A stretch of 59,864 nt of DNA, filler included, from Platydemus manokwari (lineage: Eukaryota), in NCBI GenBank assembly GCA_037951405.1. It is 5 parts of 5 records of this genome, joined end to end, with 100 filler letters (N's around TTAATTAATTAA, not from the genome) between each part and the next. Parts side by side here need not be neighbours in the genome. Positions count along the whole stretch, not along the records: positions 49,996 to 59,864 come from JBBMOY011194988.1; 4 more parts are not named here. One strand, written 5' to 3'. A program made the translations under genes and the position numbers. The first letter of the stretch is position 1. Each line of letters begins with the position of its first letter. The notes below the pieces were generated by a model. The model saw nothing but the letters and a program-made list of their open reading frames with translations, was not told where the DNA came from and did no database searches. Below are positions 51,651-59,864 of this stretch, one piece after another.

Positions 51651-53911
51651 AGCAAAAATTCTCAGCAAATACTTGAATGAGTTTAACAACAGCACGGTAT
51701 ACACTGTTTCAGGAGAACTCATTTTCAGATTTTGAGAAGAAATTGATTTATTTGATTTGATTTGTATTTAATTATTTTGTTTTATTTAATTAAAATAGAA
51801 AATCCTGCTCATATATTCCCTATAAATCAATCAATAACCATTTCATCACTAAAGGATATGTGATAGGTTCCGATTTTTTTCCTTCATTAAATAAACCCGA
51901 ATTTTTGTTTTGATAAATCTTCAAAAAACCATAGAAACATCATTCAACATAATCAATTTCATCATTATAATTTAACTAGTTATCGAGTGTTAGATTTGTA
52001 GCAAAGCTGCTGCAAATTGAATCCCATCAACTACCTGTCCTGGATAGATCATTTTAAAAATTGGATCAATGAATCGGACATTCTCGAATGAATGAAAGAA
52101 ATTATCATGAAAATTCCCGTTAAAATTGAATCTTTATTTTTATCAATATCTTAATCGACATTAAAGTTAATCGATTTATTTTGATTGTCGGATAAATTAT
52201 ATTATTAAATTATCTTTTCAATATTTATAACAATAATCGATTATATAGATCTTCTTTACAATATTTTTTCCTTCGAATCGATCTTCAATAAAATCAAAAA
52301 TATTATTTATCGATTATCAAGAGGTATTTATTTAGTTTTTGACCATTATATATTTTTGTAAATCGATATTAATCGATACTTAAGAGATTTTTAGTTTTTG
52401 AAAATATTTTTTTATTATTTATTTTGCTCAATTCTATTTATAATTGGAAAATACTTAATTTTTTTATCAGATTTTTTTAAAAATATGAATGGAATCAATG
52501 AGAAATGTTTTGATTAAAATATGAATTAATACTGCCAATCAAAACGATTATAAATTATTAGCAAATGTTATCCGATAAAATAATCTCATTCATTTATCGT
52601 TCTAATTTCTCACACACATACACAACTATAATCTAAAATAACAATTTCTCGATTCCATGTACTTATTGTACAGATATGATAAGCCAATGATATCATTCCT
52701 ATTGTGATCCACTGATTTTTTTTAGATCAAAACCTTTTGAAAATATTAAAAATGGATTTGGGTTTTTCATAAAGATTTTTATGTTTAATTAAAAGGCTTA
52801 GAAAGTTAAAAAATATTTTTACCATGCCAACTTTTATGGTTATTATTGATTAGAGATTTATTGGTGAAATATATTCCATTTGGCACATCTACATTTTCTC
52901 TTCATGTTTTATGAATAAATCTCAACACAGCTATAAGCAGTGGGAATGTATTGACAGTTAATATATTGATCTGTAATTTAATAATATTGATGGCTTCTTT
53001 ATATTAAAATTATCGAATTAAATTTCATTTTAATCATTTCAACATTAGCTTGGAGTGGACTACAATTTCAATCGAAAGACATTTTTTCAAAGAATGTTCG
53101 AATCGTTTGACTTTCTCAAAGTATTCAATATCGACGAAAGCCTATTGGAATCCATACCGAGAGGTTTTACGTGGCCATTTTCTACTTCTAAAGAATATCT
53201 GTAAGATTATTGATTTATCTATCGGAAATTTGAATAAATTAGTTTACGGGAAATGGTTTTATGATATGACACACACAGACACTGAAATTCAGAGTTTGAC
53301 TGTTTATGATTGGGTTTGCTAAACATAAACAATTTTAGTTCAATAGCCCAATGTCCTGTTTACGATTTCCAAATAACTATAAATACAATCTCAATGATAA
53401 ATCTCAAATATTTGGAAAATATATTACAAACCTATTTATTCGAAATTTTACATTAAAATCTATTAAAAATCGATAATTTCAATAAAAAATCTACGGATAT
53501 ATTCTAAAATATATTCATTTAATGGAACCAAATAATTATTCATTTTATATCAATTATGTTTTGACGGGGTTCTAGGATTATAGCTTCATTGGATTAATGT
53601 GAGAGATCGATAAAATATCAATTAATATGTATGTACGACTTAGTACCTGCATTTTTCATTCTAAATCATTTAATTCAAGAACAGCTGAACTTCTCTTATG
53701 AACTTTGGTCCATATTTTCCTCCAGTACAGGATTATATATATTGTTGAGTAGAGACGAAATATTGAAAAAGAAAAAACGGTTTTGCACCTTGGACCTCTT
53801 GTTTTGGCACTTTATGTATTTGCATGCCTACACAACCAAGCACAGCTGACTTTGATGAATGACGGATAATTTGAAAAAGGAACATAGCTACACAGCAACA
53901 CACACATAACG

Positions 53912-53951
53912 ATTGGCCAATAATGCATATACAAAAACCAATACGTCCAAT
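53912..53951. promoter_or_regulatory. Cluster of CCAAT boxes (candidate NF-Y promoter element)
   Basis: ATTGGCCAAT (53912-53921) plus CCAAT at 53938 and 53947, within a locally GC-richer stretch. No transcript evidence. Confidence 0.3.
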
Positions 53952-56900
53952 AGAAACAAGAGAAATTAAAGATCAGATCAAAACGCGATCTAAAAGTGAT
54001 TAAAAAATATTACACACAAATCTCGGGCATAAATACCGATGTAAAGATGGCCAACTGCCAGTTGGAAGTCAAGTTTTGATTGCGTTGTTAGGATATTGTA
54101 TTGAGTTTTAAAGTCGTACTGATTAGTGCGTGTGATAGAAATAAAGCTGGTAACACTCGTTTCCAAGGTGCAAATCCGTATTTCCATTGCAAGATTTCGT
54201 CTCTACTCAACAATATCATTCATATAAATTTTCCTGTTGTCAAAACCGTATTAAAAATTAATTTACTGCATTCTGTGTCCTTGGAGTTCATTCAAATTAT
54301 TGGATCGTTTTATCCATATCGCTCGACACATTAGTTTCACGGTGATATTTATAAAGATATTTCATGGTGTCGAACTATTGAAGTTGTTAATGATGAGAAA
54401 TGTACGCGCAGTGAGTAGAAAATCGCTGTATTGGATAAAAAAATATAAGATTTCATAAATGTTCTACGACAAAGTGAAATATTTGAATAAATAAATGGTA
54501 AAGCCAAATGAATCCGTCAATGAGAATTGATCCTTTCAGAATATTAGAGATCATAAAAATAGAATTTTGATCCATTTTTCTTGTTGTGATTATCACGAAT
54601 TTCATTGGTTCAAATGTTATGTTGAATTTTTATTTATTGGAGAATTAATTATTGATTTTCATCAAATTAATTTGTGTTTTATCAGATTTATTGATTCACA
54701 TTTTAATTTTTTATGCCTACTGGTTAAATCAATTTTGTAATTGGATTGTTTCTGGTATTGATATTTATTGGTGGATTCTGTGATTGGTCAAATCTTATAA
54801 TTGTGATTTCCATTATATTGACAAATGTGTTTCACATATGTTTTATCATATATGTTTAGCATAATTGGATTTAGAAGATATTTATTTTTGTAAAAACAAA
54901 TTTATGAACTTCATTGATAAGTTTTGATAATATATCTGATGGGCATTTATTTGAGAATATAATATTGACTTTATTGATCTGATATTTATTCTACAATATT
55001 AATCAATGATCGATTATTGTAATATTATTAATAATAATAATAATATAAAATTATTTATTACATTAGAATCAAACAGTCCATTGTGACCGGAAATGGTTTC
55101 TTTGTTTAAATTTGGCATTGTGTGCAATCAAATATTACAAATCGATAAATAATTTCTCAAATAGATATTTGTTTTATAAACCCATCATTCCTGGGATTGA
55201 TGACGTTTAATAATAAATTATTATATTTCAAATCGATTTACTTGAAATCGATTAAATGAAATAATATTACAGTTATTTTTTGTTTCTCAAATTGTCGCTA
55301 TCGTGTAATAATTTTGGATTTATGACCATGACTTTCATTGGATTTGATGATATGTTGGATATTTTTATTTATTTTTGCTGATGGATTGGTTTGAATTTCA
55401 CTCTAAAAATTAGATTTTTTTTAAACAAATAAAATGGTCATTTTTATTTTGCTTTCTACTTTAATAATATATAGTTTCGAGATCAATAATAATAATTGAT
55501 ATAAATTGCCATGATTTATTGATCTCAATAATAATAATTATTATTATTATATTGCTAATATGTTTAGCCCATTGTATTCGTCTTTCACGAACTTATAAGC
55601 TACTGTAAATCATCATGCTAGACCGTTTATTAGTGAAATGATTTGACTTTCGATTCTATTCTTTTTATTCTATTCTTTTTTAAATTATAAGAATGTGTTT
55701 TAGTTCAAAACATAAAATATTCGGCATTGATTTATTTATTAATTATAATTATTGATTATATTTATCATTAATGATAGATAAAATTAAATCGATATAATCG
55801 ATTTTTGTCTTTTCATATCATATACTATAAGTAGAAATGTAGATCAAAGATCTAAGAATAAAACTCATCGAGTACATTATCGGGTAATTTGTGAGTATTA
55901 ATCATATGATGACCTTTAGCTGTGACTAACAGAATTAGTAATATATCGAATGACAATCTATATTGAAACATATTCAGTTTACATGAGAGAATTTATTGAG
56001 TAAAATAATAGATCGACGTATATATGAATTGATTTTCGATTGGAAATTGATATTCGCGTTCATCTAACTATATAAATGAAATCTTTGATAAGAAATAAAT
56101 CTTCATATATCGATTTTTTGAAAATGCTCAATGTTACTCAACGATTTGACAAAAAACCGAAACAATATATGCGGCATTTTAACTCACAGAATTTTAACTC
56201 GGTATGTATTACATAGCAATAGAATTTCCATAGAATTATCGATTATGCTATGAAGAATAAAATATCACATGAATTTGTTTATGATTTTGGAATTTAAAAA
56301 ATTTTCAGCAACATACAAAATAATAAAGCCGATTATTAAAACTGCGGAATGTCAGTAAAAACTCGAGATTGTTTGTTGGTTTTGTTTTTGAAATGTAAAT
56401 CGTTAATTTTTTTATATATTTTTCAAATTATTATAAGATTCTGCTTGTAATATCGATCAGTTGGTATTTATAAAATTTGGATTGGGCTATCTCTTGGATC
56501 AAGCATTATCATGAATGAAAATGAACGATTTCATATGTTGGTTTACATCAGCACATGTGTGCCAATAAAATGAATACAATAAAAATATCAATAAAATATT
56601 GAACTTTTATCGTCAAAAAAATGGAGGTGATCAGCTAGGAATGCAGTTAATAAGATAATATTGTTGAGGGATTGCGTAAAATTTTCAAAAAATTTTAACC
56701 ATGGTTTGTATGTTTTGCTAAAGAAAATACATTAAAAAATCCATATCAATCAATTCTATAAGATTTGATTATTTTAACAGCTGGTATGGATTTTATGAAC
56801 GATTTGACATTTAAAAAAATTGATGTCAATCAATGAGGTACAATGTTGATAGATTTATGTTTTGGATTGAGATATTACATACCGGCTCGTTGAAAACTCG

Positions 56901-57129
56901 AAATGATTCGAAAACAATAGTCAAACCAAATTTAATTTATATTTCGATATATTTCGGAAATCATCACTGTTTATTTTCAAAGTACAAATGAACTCGAATA
57001 ATGACAGTTCACTGTAATGGTGAATCGAATCAAAAATCTATTCCTCTTTCACATTACAGTGGATTTATATTGATTTCATATCATCAATATATTTTAAAAT
57101 GCTACCTCCAAGAAATCTGATTCAATTAA

Positions 57130-57330
57130 CCGTATTTGCTGGACTATAAGGCGCGTCCTAACTATGAGTTGACCGATCAATATATTGAATTAAATTAAAA
57201 ACTCATAGCAAGATTCATCATCTAAAATGTGTCACATTCGCACATATTAACATCATCACCATCTATTTTTTTAATATTCCAGCCTTAATAAATTCTAGAA
57301 ATCTGTTTTAAAGTGAGCCTTATAGTCCGG
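57130..57330. mobile_element. pogo/Tc1-like MITE (second family)
   Basis: Left end CCGTATTTGCTGGACTATAAGGCGC; right end GAGCCTTATAGTCCGG|TA (inverted, shortened). A related right end GCACCTTATAGTCCGGAAAATA lies at about 385-406. Confidence 0.65.
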
Positions 57331-58237
57331 TAGTTTGTTCGATCGATTGAAAAAATGCAATGATATCACCGGATTCATCAGAGATTCATTGACAATTTTA
57401 GCCTGATTAAGTATGATCGATTATGAATTCTTGAAATAGTTATAGGTGAATATGAGATCTGACATTGTTTGTATTTAGCTAGTAACGAGTCTTGTAGGAT
57501 CTTAATTCGAATTTTTTACAAAGCTCCGTCTAATAACCAGAATGAATGAGATGATATATTACGCATCGTTTATGAAATTGATATTTTGTGATGATGAGCT
57601 ATTGATATATACATTTAATGTTCAAAAATTTAATAATAACACATTTTTATTGATTAATACAAGATTTATCGAGTTATTGAATGTTATAAACTATAGTAGA
57701 AATATCTAACTGTTCTCTCATCTACGATATATGTCAATTTTCAATGACTCTGTTATTTTATGGTTTAATTAATTTAGTGTTGGTATTCCATCTGAATGGG
57801 ATTGAGAATTTAATCGATAATTTTGAAATAAATATCATTTCGTCCATTACATATTGATAATTTTATGGATCGATGACTAGTAGATTCCTAGTAGACATTT
57901 AGATTCCTTTAAAATTAATATATACAAAAGCTGGTCATATTTCGCAATTTTCCATTAGGCTCTCTATAATAACTTCTCATCGATTTACATTATATTTCAT
58001 GGACTGATATTAACAAATCGTGTAGTTCTGTTAAGAGCACGTATATATTGTTTATCAAAATTACGTGATGACTTCTAAAGACTTCAATAATTTTGTCTAA
58101 AATGAATAGAATCACAGAGCTATAGAATGAACTCGAAATTTTTTATTGAGGTATAATAAAGTTATAAAAAATCGATTATTGATAATTTTATAGCATAATC
58201 GATATATCGGTATTGATAATGTATTGATAAATGTTAG

Positions 58238-58586
58238 ATTTGATATTCCTGAAGATCGATCAACCTTTTTTACTCCAGCTGAGAGAAGCCTGATGGTCAA
58301 TTATATATTGAGACGTGCAAGCTATCGTCACATCTCGGACAAAAATGTGTTCGATGCAACTGATATTGATATGTTGGAAGATATTATTTGTAGACGAAGT
58401 GATATACCATTAGACACGATAAATGACGACGTCGAATCATCTAATCTTATTGATAAGCAAAACGCCACTGAAATCGAGGAAGCAATCATGGAAGAAATTC
58501 GAGAGCCTTGTAAAATAAGTATGGATTTTGGGATTGCCAAACTTATTTCAGATGGAGTCTTTGATTGTGCATATATTCTTCATGAG
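58238..58586 (+). CDS. Internal exon of an anoctamin/TMEM16 family protein (N-terminal cytosolic region before TM1)
   Basis: Bounded by TGTTAG| and |GTAC. Encodes FDIPEDRSTFFTPAERSLMVNYILRR...FGIAKLISDGVFDCAYILHE, matching the anoctamin pattern FF(T/S).A.R..IV..IL.R ... GI..L...GV...A(Y/F)PLH(D/E). Confidence 0.88.
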
Positions 58587-58912
58587 GTACGATTTTGATT
58601 GTGTTTACCATATTCCGTCATTATTTTTGCAAAGTTTATTTGACTCTCAAATCGAAATCTTTTTATAATCGATTATCAGTGGGACAAATATATTTGGCAA
58701 GATCTGTCACAAAAAGATAAAATAAAATTAGATATTTATTCAAAACCACAAATGATTCATGAAACAACGTGAAATTGTTTTATGTTTTGAGGATTATTTT
58801 GTAATTCATGCTTGATCAGACGTGACAATTCTAACTCCGATAATGATCGAGCTGTTTTATGAGATCATGTGTTGCTTTTCAATGAGATATCAATAGCTGC
58901 TATTAATCATCA

Positions 58913-59126
58913 AATAATAATAATAATAAAGATAATAACAATAATAATAATAGTAATCAATGAGAATCAAATAATAATTATAAAGATAATAATAATAATA
59001 ATAACAAAGATAATAATTATGACAATAATAATAAGAATCGAATAATAATTATAAAGATAATAATAATAAAGATAATAATAATAGCAATAATAATAATAAT
59101 CAGTAAGAATCAATTAATGATTAAAG

Positions 59127-59170
<44 letters not shown>

Positions 59171-59172
59171 TA
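58913..59172. repeat. (AAT)n microsatellite and degenerate derivatives
   Basis: Directly visible; the pure run lies at about 59129-59172. Confidence 0.9.
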
Positions 59173-59864
59173 ATTACTGCTTCAAGCTGTTCAAACCATA
59201 CAATTTGGGCCATATTTTCTTTCACCAAGCAGTATCATTTTTGATAATTTTTTCTCTACACCTTTTTTATAAATCTGCATCATGAAGAATCTCACGTGTT
59301 TTCATATCGAAATTTATTATTAAAAGTTTCCCATTGCATTATGATCATTATTCTGTACAATGGTTTGCATCGTTATAGTCAGATGAATTTTCCACGCAAT
59401 AAGCTGTTACTGGAGATATATTCCCTTGCCTTACAACTGATAATGTATTGTTTTATTAAAATGTAATCAGAAATATATTCACATACATGGAGCTATTAAT
59501 TATTGATAATTATCGAGTTTATTATTAATAATACAGTTAATATTGTGAAAATATCGTTTAATCAAGTTATTATTGCTTTCGAGTTTCTAACAATATCATA
59601 TCCACGATTTTATGTGAGATTATTTATTGGTTTGTATAATTGATTATATAATTGATTATATTTATTATTTGAAGCCGGCTAAAGGAAGTGCCTACAATAT
59701 GATTTGTGAGTAATTTCAAAAATTGTAACGCTTTTTTTAAATGTAAGCTTAAATCGATTTAATAGCCGATTATTTTGATTTGATTTTAAATAGTTATATT
59801 GATAATAAATAATAATAATTATTATTAATAATATTATTAAAGTAATAAATAATGATAATAAATA

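Noticed and set aside
53050-53322. 90 aa ORF, with faint piggyBac-like words on the opposite strand
   Set aside because: The motif order is inconsistent and there is no supporting structure.
1-59864. GPCR, ZF, OMA1, DOP1 and anoctamin as one functional cluster or novel system
   Set aside because: Each lies on a different linker-separated contig, so adjacency is unsupported.

Overview
Very AT-rich eukaryotic genomic DNA with many 44-55 nt GT-AG introns. It is most consistent with a flatworm such as a triclad planarian (inference from composition, intron size and gene content). Four identical 100-nt artificial linkers (N44-TTAATTAATTAA-N44) split the window into five segments that may not be adjacent in the genome. 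Segment 1 (1-9684) has two tandem, intronless, divergent class A orphan GPCR paralogs plus TE relics. Segment 2 (9785-23531) has the last exon of a Q-rich three-finger C2H2 transcription factor, possibly of the flatworm zfp-1 family. Segment 3 (23632-33343) has the 3' end of a Gypsy LTR element and a partial OMA1 (M48) metalloprotease gene whose 5-kb intron holds mariner and Merlin relics. Segment 4 (33444-49895) has 23 phase-consistent internal exons (about 1,826 codons) of Dopey/DOP1, lacking both termini. Segment 5 (49996-59864) has one anoctamin/TMEM16 exon. I found no prokaryotic-type system, CRISPR array or RNA gene. The most notable items are the GPCR pair's unusual conserved residues (K3.32, E2.60, E3.39, no C3.25), an OMA1 whose conserved NAF motif reads KAL, an intron-containing Merlin transposase relic, and an unclassified repeat family present in at least seven copies.
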